From the NCBI RefSeq assembly GCF_001194135.2, contig NC_068986.1, forward strand, positions 107,649,267 through 107,691,786: a stretch of 42,520 nt of DNA, in the 5' to 3' direction. The translations under genes were made by a program, and so were the position numbers. This document shows positions 1 to 10,974 of this stretch, one piece after another (the first letter of the stretch is position 1; every line of letters starts with the position of its first letter). The notes beneath the pieces were generated by a model, which was not told the DNA's origin, ran no database searches, and saw only the letters and a list, made by a program, of their open reading frames with translations. The stretch is from Octopus bimaculoides (Eukaryota).

Positions 1-12
1 TATATATATATA

Positions 13-1310
13 CAGTATGTCACAGAAGTATGTGCACCCCTCAAAATTTTCAGTAATATTGCCATTACTCTGATAATATCGGAGGAAATCAAACGAAATT
101 TATACTGAATAAAATACATTATATATGCAAACATTATACAAGTTTGGAACACAAAACAATAAACATTTCCGAAGATATGAACGAAATATTAATTTTCGAA
201 CGTTACAAAAATATGTACACCCTAAAGGAAATTTGCTATCTTCAGTATTTTATCCAGCTTTTTTTTCTTTTTTTTTTCTTTTTTGCTAAATTCAGATATT
301 GCTGATAATTTCAATTCTAATAAATTATTTCTGACATTTTTGCACAGGTAATTGTTATTGTATCCGCAAGGATTCTGATTTGTGAACCGTGGGGGAAATC
401 TTTTTCATTGTGAGCAAAATGGCACCAAAAGGAAAAGAATTGTCTGAAGATTTGAGGAAAATTATTTTAATTTGCACTACAATGGTTTAGGATATAAGTT
501 AATTAGCAAACGAATACATATTGGCGTAAACATATTTGCCAAAGTAATTCAGAAGTGCAAAGCTACTTGACGGTTAAACAATAAACATCGTCCAGGTCGC
601 CCTTCTATTTTAACTGCGCGTGATATTCGTCACAGCCAACGTTGCGTGATGGACGACAGGCGTCGTACCGCTTCACCTTTAGACCATGAAGTGTCTTCTG
701 TTAGTGGAAAAAGTGTATGCGCCCAAACACTTCGCCGAAGTTTGAACCAGTGTAGTCTTCATGGACGCATTCCTCGTAGGAAGTCTCTCCTGACTACCAA
801 GCATAAATCAAGGCGTCTTCCTTTTGTCGAAACCTATGTGAGTTAGGAGAAGGAGTTTTGGAATAAACTTCTTTTTTTATGACCAGACTAAAATCAACTT
901 CTTTGTGGTCAGATGATATTAAACGAGTATGGCGACGACCAGATGAAGATAATAGCGACAAATGCACCGTGGTGCCTACCGTGAAACATGGCGGTGGAAG
1001 TGTGGGAGCACTCACATTTATTGAGAGAACAACGGATTCAAGGCTTTATTGTGACATGTTACAGAAAACAGTGTTGAAAAGCATCAAAGAACTAGGAAGG
1101 TATTTCATGTTCCGACATGATAATGACCCTAAATACACTTCAAAGATGACGACTAAGTTTTTATCAGATAGAAAAATTAAGGTATTACCTTGGCCTGCAA
1201 TGTCACCTGATTTAAACCCAACAGAACATCTGTAGGGTGTTTTGAAATGGGAGGTTGAGGAGAAAAACACCGCAGTGTAACACAGTTGAAAGACATCATT
1301 TAGGACGTAT
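13..1310 (+). mobile_element. Decayed Tc1-family DNA transposon (IR/DR-type left end plus transposase pseudogene); right end missing
   Basis: Begins TA|CAGT at 11-16. Outer repeat GTCACAGAAGTATGTGCACCCCT (about 19-41) recurs as GTTACAAAAATATGTACACCCT (202-223). Followed by broken transposase frames. No reverse-complement right TIR found. Confidence 0.9.
419..1310 (+). pseudogene. Tc1-like DD34E transposase pseudogene
   Basis: ATG at 419: MAPKGKELSEDLRKII, GYKLISK, RPGRP, GRIPRRKSLL, then DQTKIN (first D), VKHGGGSV, HDNDPKYTS (second D) and SPDLNPTEHL (E, 34 residues after the second D). Several frameshifts and stops. Confidence 0.92.
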
Positions 1311-1562
1311 TAGCAGTGCGATGTTCTTATTTTTTAAGTTTTTCTCTACAGATTTTCAATAGGAACGACGTGACTTTCAGTACTGGCTCTGGATTATACA
1401 GCAGCGACTCCATCAATTCCTAGGAATATTTGAAGAAGGAATTTTTATTCCGAAATATCATATCAGACTACGGGTGATTAAATTACAAAAGTCCATTGTT
1501 TGTATTATAGTGCATTGTTGTGTCATTCAAAACATTTTATTCTTCACAAACAATACACAATG

Positions 1563-1705
1563 CTTCAAGCTAACCTGTTATATCTACCGATACATCGCAT
1601 ACCTTGTTGTCAGCTGGGCATGATATATCTATGATCCAGCATCGTTTGCTTTCTTTCTCAATTAACACTATGTCTGGCTTCCTATTCTCTATCTCATGGT
1701 CGCAT
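1563..1705 (-). mobile_element. Short R4/Dong-like LINE fragment (restriction-like endonuclease region)
   Basis: Minus strand reads CDHEIENRKPDIVLIEKESKRCWIIDISCPADNKVCD, the PD...D RLE motif of R4-clade elements. Confidence 0.75.
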
Positions 1706-2760
1706 ATTTGGCTTTTGCTATGTATTTGTGCAAGTTGACTCCAAGTCTCACCCAGGGACCTTAAGAGACAACAAGTTAGAAGTTCAAGTTGGCGTTATGA
1801 CTAGGGTGCATTAATTTTGGTCTTGCACAAAGTATTGTTCTTGAGAATGTCTAACAAAACATAAGTGAATAAGAAGTTTGTTTTAAAAGTAATTTGAGTA
1901 TAAGATAATAGTCTGATGTTAAGATGAGAGTAAAAGGTGTTTGTTGCTATGTACATTTAAAAGTATTTTGACACTGTTTACGAATTAAAATATTTTTAGG
2001 ATTACATAGACAATATTTTGCGTAGGGTATGGACAGTTCCTATGAGCACTATTTTTTGAATTTCTTCCATTTTTGGACTTCCTAGTATCTGAGCTAGGTA
2101 GCAATCAGCCCCTTTTGCTATCATTCCTAGGGTACCTATGGCAACAGGTATTGTTTTAGTCTTGAGGTTTCACATTTTGCCAATTTCTATTTCAAGATCT
2201 TTATACTTGCTCAGTTTTGGTAGGTCTTGTACAGATACATTTATTCCGATTGGGAGAGTCGTATCGATGAGGAGGCATGATTTTTATCTGAAGTCTTTCA
2301 ATATAATGTCTGGCCTATTTGTATCTATCTTACTGTCAGTATGAACGGTGAAGTTTCAAAGGAGTGAGATGTGATCATCTTCAAGCACTGGTGGTGGTTT
2401 GTACTCCCACCAGTTTTTATCATGAGACAGATTCAATTCTTTGCAAATTACCCTGTGAGTATACTGTGCTGCTCTGTCATGCCTGTTGAGATACATGGAT
2501 ACAGTATGATCAATGCTTTCATTTTGCTGTTTACATACATGACATGTTGGGCCACTGCTGTTCTTTAAGATCTTGGCCTGGTGGTTCCTTGTAGGTAGGT
2601 ATTAATCTTGGGCTGATATGATAAACCCTTCTCTCGCTCTGATTTTAAGCCAGAAGAGACTGACCATTGATGGGTAAAGGCTTTGTCAACATCGGCATTA
2701 TTAGCTCTCTTTGAGTATTTGCCATTGAGAGATATTTTGTGCTTGTTTCCAGTACGTCTG
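1706..2760 (-). mobile_element. 5'-truncated R4/Dong-like non-LTR retrotransposon (ORF C-terminus plus 3' UTR)
   Basis: Minus strand: GKYSKRANNADVDKAFTHQW, SSGLKSE, CHVCKQQNESIDH (partly deleted zinc knuckle), RHDRAAQYTHRVIC, NRPDII..CLLID, KYKDLEIEI, IQKIVLIGTVHTLRKILSM* (stop near 1993), then about 290 bp of UTR. Stops and frameshifts present. Confidence 0.9.
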
Positions 2761-2770
2761 ATTCTGAGAT

Positions 2771-2820
2771 TTTATTATTATAATTATTAATTATTATTTA
2801 TTATTATTATTATTATTATT
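2771..2820. repeat. (ATT)n microsatellite
   Basis: Imperfect ATT tandem repeat adjoining the truncated 5' end of the R4/Dong-like element. Confidence 0.9.
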
Positions 2821-2860
2821 ATATAAATACATTATATATATGTGTATATATGTGTATTAT

Positions 2861-3045
2861 ATATGTGTCTCTTCCCTGCCACCGCTTGATAACCGTTTCT
2901 TTACATCTCCGTAACTTCGCTGCTCATCCTAAAAGACCGACAGAATAAGTACAAGTCTAAAAATAAGAACTGGGGGCTATTATTTGTTCGATTAACACCG
3001 TTCAAGTCGGTGCCCAAGCCAATAACTGAAGCAAGTAAAAGATAA
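2861..3045 (+). mobile_element. SINE family A, degraded 3' half
   Basis: Matches the 3' half of the copy at 23373-23776 (CGCTTGA.AACCG, CCGTAACTT, AGAATAAGTAC, ACTGAA.CAAGTAAAAGA). Confidence 0.75.
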
Positions 3046-3789
3046 GAGAAAAAAGATACCAAAATGCTACAGGGTATATTATTAATTAACTGCCGGGTTC
3101 ATTAATACTTTAAATAAATAAATTCACATGAGTTTGGATTAATTGCATTAAAAATACGCTGAAGAGTTTTCAATTGGTTCAGAAATATTGATTTACTCGG
3201 AGTTGTTGAATCCAAGCAGTTCAGAATTAGTTCAAGTTGAACTTTATGAAAATAAACTAAAGAAATACAGAATCTGAAACTAAAATGTATTCTTTACATT
3301 TTTCTTAATTGGAAAACATGGTTTGTTTGTTTTAAATTTTTAATCAAAATACAGTAGGAATTTATATAACCATTCTAAATAAATTACTTTTCCAATCAGA
3401 AATTTTCTTCGGTGCTTATTGCTATGCTTGCAGTATCCAACATTTTTAGTTCTTCTGCTAGAAGCTAAATGGAAAGAACAAATTTTTGTAGTTTCCTCAT
3501 TGGGAAAAAATGTACAATTGACTATGGGGAAAATACTCTATTTGAAATCATTAGAAAAACCATTTGGCTTATGACCTTTGTCCTAAATAGATGTGCCCTA
3601 TGCAAAATTGAACAAAATCCTACCGCTTAAGTTGAATCATACACGCTTGTTTATATGAGAGAGAGATGGGCAGATAGACAGACTGATAGATAGATAGATA
3701 GGTAGATAGACATAAGCATAAATTGTGCATGTTTACCCTTATATACATGCAAATATATACACATAAGTATATATATGTATATATACATG

Positions 3790-3792
<3 letters not shown>

Positions 3793-3875
<83 letters not shown>
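3793..3875. repeat. Compound (CA)n(TA)n microsatellite
   Basis: Direct reading. Confidence 0.95.
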
Positions 3876-3876
<1 letters not shown>

Positions 3877-3878
<2 letters not shown>

Positions 3879-4000
3879 GCGTATAAGAAGGGATGACCAC
3901 TAGGTGGACATCCATTATGCTAGAAATAGACCATCTACGATCAAGGTCTATTTTTAGCATAATGGATGTCCACTTAGTGGTCATCCCTTCTTATACGTAT
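3877..4000. mobile_element. 124-bp fold-back (hairpin) element, MITE-like
   Basis: 56-bp arms 3877-3932 and 3945-4000 are reverse complements with 3 transition mismatches; 12-nt loop ATCTACGATCAA. Confidence 0.75.
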
Positions 4001-4102
4001 GTAATACAAATTTTCTGAATTTTCAGATTTTTCTTTATGCGAGGCCATTGGTTTTAAATTGGTGTTAATTAAATTAATATCCAATTTATCACCTTATTAT
4101 TT

Positions 4103-4107
<5 letters not shown>

Positions 4108-4182
<75 letters not shown>

Positions 4183-4191
4183 GAGAGAGAG
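4108..4191. repeat. Compound (TA)n(GA)n microsatellite
   Basis: Direct reading. Confidence 0.95.
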
Positions 4192-4438
4192 ATTTATACG
4201 CATATACATAAAATTGTATCTGTGTATATGTTTTATTCGATTCGCAAGTTGAATAGACCATGTGCTCAAAGCCCTTAGAGTGCTTGGATACACAAGGTGT
4301 GTTAGAAAAAGCTGTGTAGACGCACATCTCCAGGTATGAAACTATTAGTAGCTCACATCTTTATACTATGTGTATTAAATGATATTTATTTCTCACTGGA
4401 TGGAGTACTTTTCTGTTGATCGCACCTTGACAGAAAAG

Positions 4439-4440
<2 letters not shown>

Positions 4441-4505
<65 letters not shown>

Positions 4506-4648
4506 NNNNNNNNNNNNNNNNNNNNNNNNNNNNNNNNNNNNNNNNNNNNNNNNNNNNNNNNNNNNNNNNNNNNNNNNNNNNNNNNNNNNNNNNNNNNNNN
4601 NNNNNNNNNNNNNNNNNNNNNNNNNNNNNNNNNNNNNNNNNNNNNNNN

Positions 4649-4711
<63 letters not shown>
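4441..4711. repeat. (CT)n microsatellite spanning an assembly gap (N 4506-4648)
   Basis: Direct reading. Confidence 0.95.
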
Positions 4712-4714
<3 letters not shown>

Positions 4715-5042
4715 ATACATACACATATATTTAATTATTTACTTATACATATGCAGAATAAGAGAGGGATAGGGGAGAGAATGAAAGAATGGGTTGGTAT
4801 TCGCATGCATTATGATTTCGGTATTCTCTTTAGGAGCAGACACCATCTCTCCAGACTTGATCCTGCGGAACATCCAAGATGTGACTACTTCAGAATGTGA
4901 GGCTTGCATCAATACTCCACGCATGACTGAGATTAAGACAGTCTTTGTCGTTTCGAGTTTAAACCCCGCTTCAGAAAATTAGCGAAAATTATACATTATA
5001 TATGTCTAGATGAAAACAAATATGGTGAATAACGGGAAAATA

Positions 5043-5875
5043 CGTGATCTGATCAATAAGTATCTGGACTGTTGTAATAGTAATGAAGCTAAAGCAAGCA
5101 AAGTAAAGCAGTTTGGTACTGATTAACTTTAAACTCTGCTGTGCGTCTGCACTATGTTTTAACGTTTTAGCTCATTTCTGTTGTTTACAGTAGTGCTTGG
5201 AAGGAAGGTGTGTAGTGTGTGATCTGCATTAAAATTTTGCCATAACTTTGGCGATACCTGCTCAGGGGCCTACGCAAAGTTTTCAAAAAGTTCCCATTGT
5301 TCTCGACACAGTCAACTGAAACCTGAGTGTCCTTTTGGTCAGCTGAAGCAGTTTTGGCACAAACTCGGCAGACACGCATCTCATACCCAAATCTTCAGGG
5401 ATAATGGACCAAACTGTACCGTAACTAATCTGTACGTCCTCTGATAACTCATGAATGGTGATTCGACGATTTCCCCTCGCAGATGTACGCTCATCTGCGA
5501 TGTTTTTCTCTGTTCTGCTGGTTGCGGGTCTCCCAGAACGTTCATCAATATCGACATTTTCTCGACCATCTTTGAATGGTCACACGTAAACATGTGTGCA
5601 GCTCATAAATTCCTCTCCACACACTTTCTGCAAATTTGCGTCGGCCTCTGAGCAGGTATCGTCATGACAGCTCTCTCTGTCATAGACAATGCGACGATCA
5701 CACGTTACACACGTTCCTTCTATGCACTTCTGTAAACAGCGGAAGTGAGCCAGAACATTCAGTCTTAGTGCGCATGCACAGTAGAGTTGAAGTTCAGTCT
5801 TGTGGAGCGGCTTCACTCTGCGTGTTTTAGATTCGTTACTATGGTAATAGCCCGGATACTATTGATCAGACCTCG
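5043..5875. mobile_element. Non-autonomous mariner derivative with two inverted 5' ends (about 240-bp arms), TA target duplication
   Basis: TA|CGTGATCTGATCAATAAGTATCTGG (5041) versus reverse complement TA|CGAGGTCTGATCAATAGTATCCGG (5877). Arms 5043-5281 and 5633-5875 align throughout. Minus strand 5683-5275 encodes mariner N-terminus: LQKVCGEEFMS, FKDGRENVDIDERSGRP, RRITIHELSE, EDLGMRCVSAEFVPKLL. Confidence 0.9.
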
Positions 5876-6923
5876 TACGTATCTTTGTGTGTCAAACTGG
5901 AAATGGTCGAAGCCGAATGACCAGAAGTGTCATAGATGGAATAATGTGTATTACGCACAGGAACAACAGCTGAAGGAATTGCATGTAAATTCTATATATG
6001 CGCTTTTGTGCCTATGTCCGCAAACTTATAGTTTCTTACAACGTTAGTTATTATTAATGTATACATATATGTGTGTACGTGTGTGTGCGTGTATGCATGT
6101 GTATGAACACATGTGTATATGATATGTGATATCGATAATATGTAAGTCTCACTATGTACGTGTTTAAACTGTGAGTATATGTGTGCAAAATAAGTGATCA
6201 ATTTGCATGAGTGTCTTTTTGGTTGTATGTGTATTCGGACACATGTAGATAAGGATGTGTATGGCAATGTATAGATCATGTGTATGTCAGGTGATGATGT
6301 GCCGGTTTTAAAAAAAGATTGAATCATAAAGTGAAAGTTTGAAGAGTGAAAGTAAGTTTCTATTCGTGTTGGAGCCGTAAATCTGAGAAAGCGCTGCGTA
6401 GGCTTATACCAAATAGGAAGATACGATATATAAAATAATCCACAGTGTAGAGGTGACATGCAACTGACATTTCATAACGAAGATAGTCGTGAAGATGAAT
6501 GGACAAGTGTAGAAGCGGAGGCGGGAGCAAGGGATGTCCAACTGGATATGGAGTATAGGGAAAGACTGTTGATGAGTACGGTACATAGATTGTAGGTGAG
6601 TTTAGGTAATAGAAAGATTGGTTCGGAAACATATCGGAAGTTGTGTGGACGATTTGGAGAATTCAGTATATGTATAGTATAGCGTAATAGCGAGATAGTA
6701 AAGACTGGTGATATATGATATAGATAAAAGGCAGTCGTTTGTGTGGGTTGATGTGGCTGGAGAGGGTAGAAGTGTGATCACAGCTGCTGGTTATGGCAGT
6801 GCTGTAAANNNNNNNNNNCTTACGTGAAGTGCAATTCTATCGCAAAATCATGTTCAATGCTACATAATTGAGAACTGGACAAGTGTTTAGTATGGGGGAA
6901 ATGGGATATTTTTATAAATTTTC

Positions 6924-6924
<1 letters not shown>

Positions 6925-6955
<31 letters not shown>

Positions 6956-6978
6956 TTGTGTGTGTATGTATACATACA

Positions 6979-7010
<32 letters not shown>
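6925..7010. repeat. Compound (TA)n(GT)n(CATA)n microsatellite
   Basis: Direct reading; lies where SINE A copies carry their internal microsatellite. Confidence 0.9.
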
Positions 7011-7011
<1 letters not shown>

Positions 7012-7174
7012 CGAGTGCCTGCATATTTACGTCTAGTAAATTCCACGCACATTTTATTGGTCAACACGAGGCCAGAAGAGTGGACACCTGCCAAAGGTTC
7101 CATGCTGTGTAATCGAACAGTGTACTACGTGTGTGTGAAAAGAAATTGCTAACCACATAGCCATGCCGCCCTCC
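7011..7174 (-). mobile_element. Old SINE family A-related copy, 5' half
   Basis: Reverse complement GGAGGGCGGCATGGCTATGTGGTTAGC..GTTCGATT..GGAACCTTTGGCAGGTGTCC..GTGGAATTTACTAGACGTAAA resembles the family A head and CORE-like segment. Confidence 0.6.
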
Positions 7175-7994
7175 ATTCCATGTCTACATATGAAGTTTGT
7201 ATATAAATGGAGAGGAAGTAATATAGTTTGAATAAGACATAACTATTGAGAGAATTTAAACAGTAGTTAAAAGCATGATGTCTGCTAAGTTACCAGGTAT
7301 ATTGCAGCTAGTTACAAGTGAAGAACCTTGTCATTATGTTTCCGGTAAACATATAAGTTCTTGTAAGTACAATTAGACGATATTCCATTCTGACCGAACA
7401 AAACATGACGGCATTAATTGTTATCTAGATATCATGGTTTTATATTTGTTTTCCATACAACTACTTCAGCGCAGATACCTCTAGTCTGTCAATTCACTTC
7501 AATGAGTATTCTAATTAGAAGCAATAAATATTCCAATTAGAGCAATAAATATTACATTTATTAATTACTGAAGAGAATATATTAAATATAAATGACATTA
7601 TTGTTTCCCCCTTTCTTCTTGAGAAATAAACAAAATAATGGTAGATGCATGCGTGTGTGATTAGTAAAATATGAGTATGTGTGCATGTTTGCCTGTGATG
7701 GGAATTTTGCTTAAAACAATTAAAAATAATGAAGTAAAACTTTTGTGTGCGTCTTCCTGGTTAGTTTCATAGAATCTTCTATAGTTCTACTCAGTCTGTC
7801 TCATAACGATTTACAATGAGAAACTGCTGAAAGCTCTACCAACATTCCATATCTTGAATTTTATTGGTCTATGTATATATATGAATAGCCATACAATGTG
7901 TGCTCGGAAGTAGTCGACAAAATAAAGACAAGCTTCTGTAAGTTTAGATGATTTTACAATCCAGTTATTAATCAAACTTTTAAGGCGACATTGA

Positions 7995-8115
7995 TTTCAA
8001 ATTGTGGCACAAACCCAGGGATTTCGGGTAATGGAGCAAGTCGATTACATTGACCCCAGTGCTCAACTAATACTTATTTTATTGGCCCCGAAAGGATAAA
8101 AGGCAGAATCAACTC
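7995..8115 (-). mobile_element. SINE family B (B2 tail), 3' part
   Basis: GTCGATTACATTGACCCCAGTGCTCAACT..CCCCGAAAGGATAAAAGGCA matches the family B central domain; TTTCAAATTGTGGCACAA matches the B2 tail. Confidence 0.8.
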
Positions 8116-8542
8116 ATAAAAGGCACACTTCCATGATAACAATAATTATAATACTAAGAATTTAGAAGATGAAGAACTCTAATGTACTTTATTCTTATTG
8201 TATGTTATAGTAGGCCTTAAAATGCTTATATTATTAGATTGGTATATTGGATATAATTTTCTATGTGTATTCCAGTAAATAAGGTTGTCCTGAAATTGAA
8301 GTTGCGCTCCTATTGGTAAAATCCCAAATTTGTAATTATATATATATATATATATATATNNNNNNNNNNNNNNNNNNNNNNNNNNNNNNNNNNNNNNNNN
8401 NNNNNNNNNNNNNNNNNNNNNNNNNNNNNNNNNNNNNNNNNNNNNNNNNNNNNNNNNNNNNNNNNNNNNNNNNNNNNNNNNNNNNNNNNNNNNNNNNNNN
8501 NNNNNNNNNNNNNNNNNNNNNNNNNNNNNNNNNNNNNNNNNN

Positions 8543-8583
<41 letters not shown>

Positions 8584-9450
8584 GCACATACATACATAGA
8601 CGAAGATATGTGGATGTGGTTTTGTAAACAAATGTGTGTGAAATATGTGCACTTGTATATGTAGAGAAACCGGAAAACTGGGCGGTGATTGGTTAATCAT
8701 TTTAGAAAAAAATTGTTGAATATCCGGCTCAACCACACTGAATTGTTCAAGCTCGTAGCCCATCACTTCATTCCTCCAGGTCTCACCTACCTGTAATCTA
8801 TCGTTTGTTGGATAAAACAACACCACAGCACTACCGCCTCTAAGAAATTATCATGCACAACAGTTAATCTGTCGCTGAAACAGAGTTGCCCTACTCAGTG
8901 TCAATAACCTAATCGCTTTCTTCTAAAACCACACCACACATAATCATACGCCCATGCATAAAGATAGATGTACTCCACTCCTGCTCATACTCAATACATC
9001 CACGAAACCTCAGGTATAGACTATTATGCATTGTTCATACCATCAACACGTTTATTCGCTGTTATACTCACACACGTACATTCACACATCAACACAATTT
9101 TCTCCATGCGCTTGATTTGTTACTGGATCTTTTACATATACACAACATAGTTCACTACACTTTCCTATCTTTATATTTCTCAGCACACGCTTCCACTCTC
9201 CCTTCCTCCTTCTATCTCTCTTGACAAGGGAATGCCGTGCAAAACGTCGATTTCTATTTCTTACCTTTCAACCTCATCGTAAACATATTGACTTTGTAGT
9301 ACATTTTTAAATATAATATATATTAACAAACCTAGAACTGTCTAGGTTACTCGCATTGGATTTAGCTAATCAAAAACGCCTACATATATATATATATATA
9401 TTTTAATTGAGTTTTTTACCTGTAATTTTGGATTTTGTCCCTAATATTAT

Positions 9451-9507
<57 letters not shown>

Positions 9508-9725
9508 CTGGTAACATTTTTTACCACTATAACATAGCTGTTCTATACAGAATTGTGTTACTACGTTTTAACCCCAGGAAAAAGTCTTTTCCAGCTGGTT
9601 AACGGCACACAACCTGTGTTCGATATATTGTAAGGGAGCGAATCATTCCCCTCCAGCTTGGCAAGACCAGTAGACTATGGTTTCTGGGTCTTTACTGGTC
9701 ATCGGTATTGGATACCTGCCTGCTA
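9508..9725 (+). mobile_element. Partial direct copy of the adjacent fold-back element (inner left arm plus core)
   Basis: GGTAACATTTTTTACCACTATAACATAGCTGTTCTATACAG...GATACCTGCCTG aligns with 9857-10045. Confidence 0.8.
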
Positions 9726-9793
9726 GAGATAGCAGTCAATAGTCCCTACTCACAATATATATACAGAGAAGCGGCAGGCAGCCGCTAATCTCG

Positions 9794-10193
9794 TAACGAG
9801 CAAAGTAGCTAGTTCTAAAATCTCTAAACAAGATATAAGTAGTAACAATACAACATGGTGACATTTTTTGCCACTATAACATGGCTGTTCTATACAGGAA
9901 ACGTCTTTTCCAGTTGGTGAACGACACAGAAACTGCGCTCGATATATCGTGCGTAAGGGGGCGAATCACTCCCCTCCAGCTTAGCAAGACTAGTAGACCA
10001 TGGTTTCTGGATCTTTATCCATCAACGGTGCAAGATACCTGCCTGTTGGAAAAGACGTTTTCCTGGGGTTAAAATGTAGTAACACAGTTCTGTATAGAAC
10101 AGCCATGTTATAGTGGTAGAAAAATGTTACCGTCTTATATTGTTACTACTAATATCTTGTTTAGTAATTTTGGAACTAGCTACTTCGCTCGTT
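9794..10193. mobile_element. About 400-bp MITE-like element with long terminal inverted repeats
   Basis: Left arm AACGAGCAAAGTAGCTAGTTC...CTTTTCCA (9795-9912, with an internal deletion) is the reverse complement of the right arm 10047-10193; core about 130 bp. Confidence 0.8.
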
Positions 10194-10212
10194 GTATATA
10201 TATTCTTTAGTC

Positions 10213-10299
10213 ATTTTATTTGTTTCAGTCTTTGGACTACCTCTATACTTAAGCACAGCCTTGGCGGGTTTTTGTCGAAGGAATTGACCCCCAGTACTT
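10213..10299 (-). mobile_element. SINE family A, degraded 3' end
   Basis: TTTTATTTGTTTCAGTC...GTCGA.GGAATTGACCCC resembles the reverse-complement A tail. Confidence 0.5.
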
Positions 10300-10694
10300 C
10301 GAGAAGTATCCCACTACAAGTTATGACTCCTTTCAAGGATGTTTCAATGAAAGGTCTATAAATACGTAATAAATTTTATTTAGGTAAATTTATGTGTCTA
10401 ATGTTATGCCAGGCTGACGATTTTAAATAAGGCTGAAATGGCACTACGTCTGGTTATGTGTGACTAAAAATTTTAAGATCTTTGTAATGAGTAAAAACAA
10501 AAAAAACAAAAAAATTAAATATATATACTTTTTGCATCTTCGTACTTGCTCTTCGCTTTCATATTCAAACTCTTAATACCGCCATCTTTGGTCTACAAAA
10601 TGTTATATCCTTACAACCACAAGAGCGTACGACGCGTTTAACTTTCTAAATTATTTATTGTAGAATTTTTCAGTAAGAAGTACCTCTGGAATTA

Positions 10695-10974
10695 AGACCC
10701 AGTACTGTTAGAGCCTGAGTTTCAAGGGTCCACAGATGTTCAGCAGAAGACATACAACCTCGGAGATTCGCGAGATGCAGAAGTGGAAGTCTTCAAAGAG
10801 CGTCTGGACAAATTTTCATCTCAGATACCAGATGAACCCACATCGCAGCCGGAGGCACAACGAAAAGCATCTCCGTCCAATTCACTACTTCACCAGTACT
10901 GAAAAGAAATCCAAACACATTGAAATGTGGTGCTCCAGCATGACCTCAGCCTCTGGCTGAAACCAATAGAAAAG
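10695..10974 (+). mobile_element. 3' end of a CR1/L2-group LINE (ORF2 C-terminus plus 3' UTR)
   Basis: SLSFKGPQMF, then after a frameshift RDAEVEVFKERLDKFSSQIPDEPTSQPEAQRKASPSNSLLHQY* (TGA 10900-10902). The FK..LD.F...IPDEP..SNSL pattern is typical of CR1/L2-group ORF2 ends. Confidence 0.85.

Noticed and set aside
1802-1830. AGGGTGCATTAATTTTGG as a possible right TIR of the Tc1 element
   Set aside because: Only a short partial match, and it lies inside the 3' UTR of the R4/Dong-like LINE.
4739-4982. Overlapping open frames on both strands; possible exon 4833-4896 or RT-like peptide GADTISPDLILRN
   Set aside because: Several frames are open, phases do not chain reliably with other candidates, and RT similarity is too weak to call.
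6230-6808. Purine-rich stretch with a 53-codon open frame ending near a GTGAGT
   Set aside because: The frame has a stop before the donor and no recognisable motif; probably an unclassified repeat remnant.
9215-9270. TTGACAAG...CAAAACGTCG as a degenerate hammerhead ribozyme or Penelope terminus
   Set aside because: Core bases are mutated and stems I and II cannot be formed.
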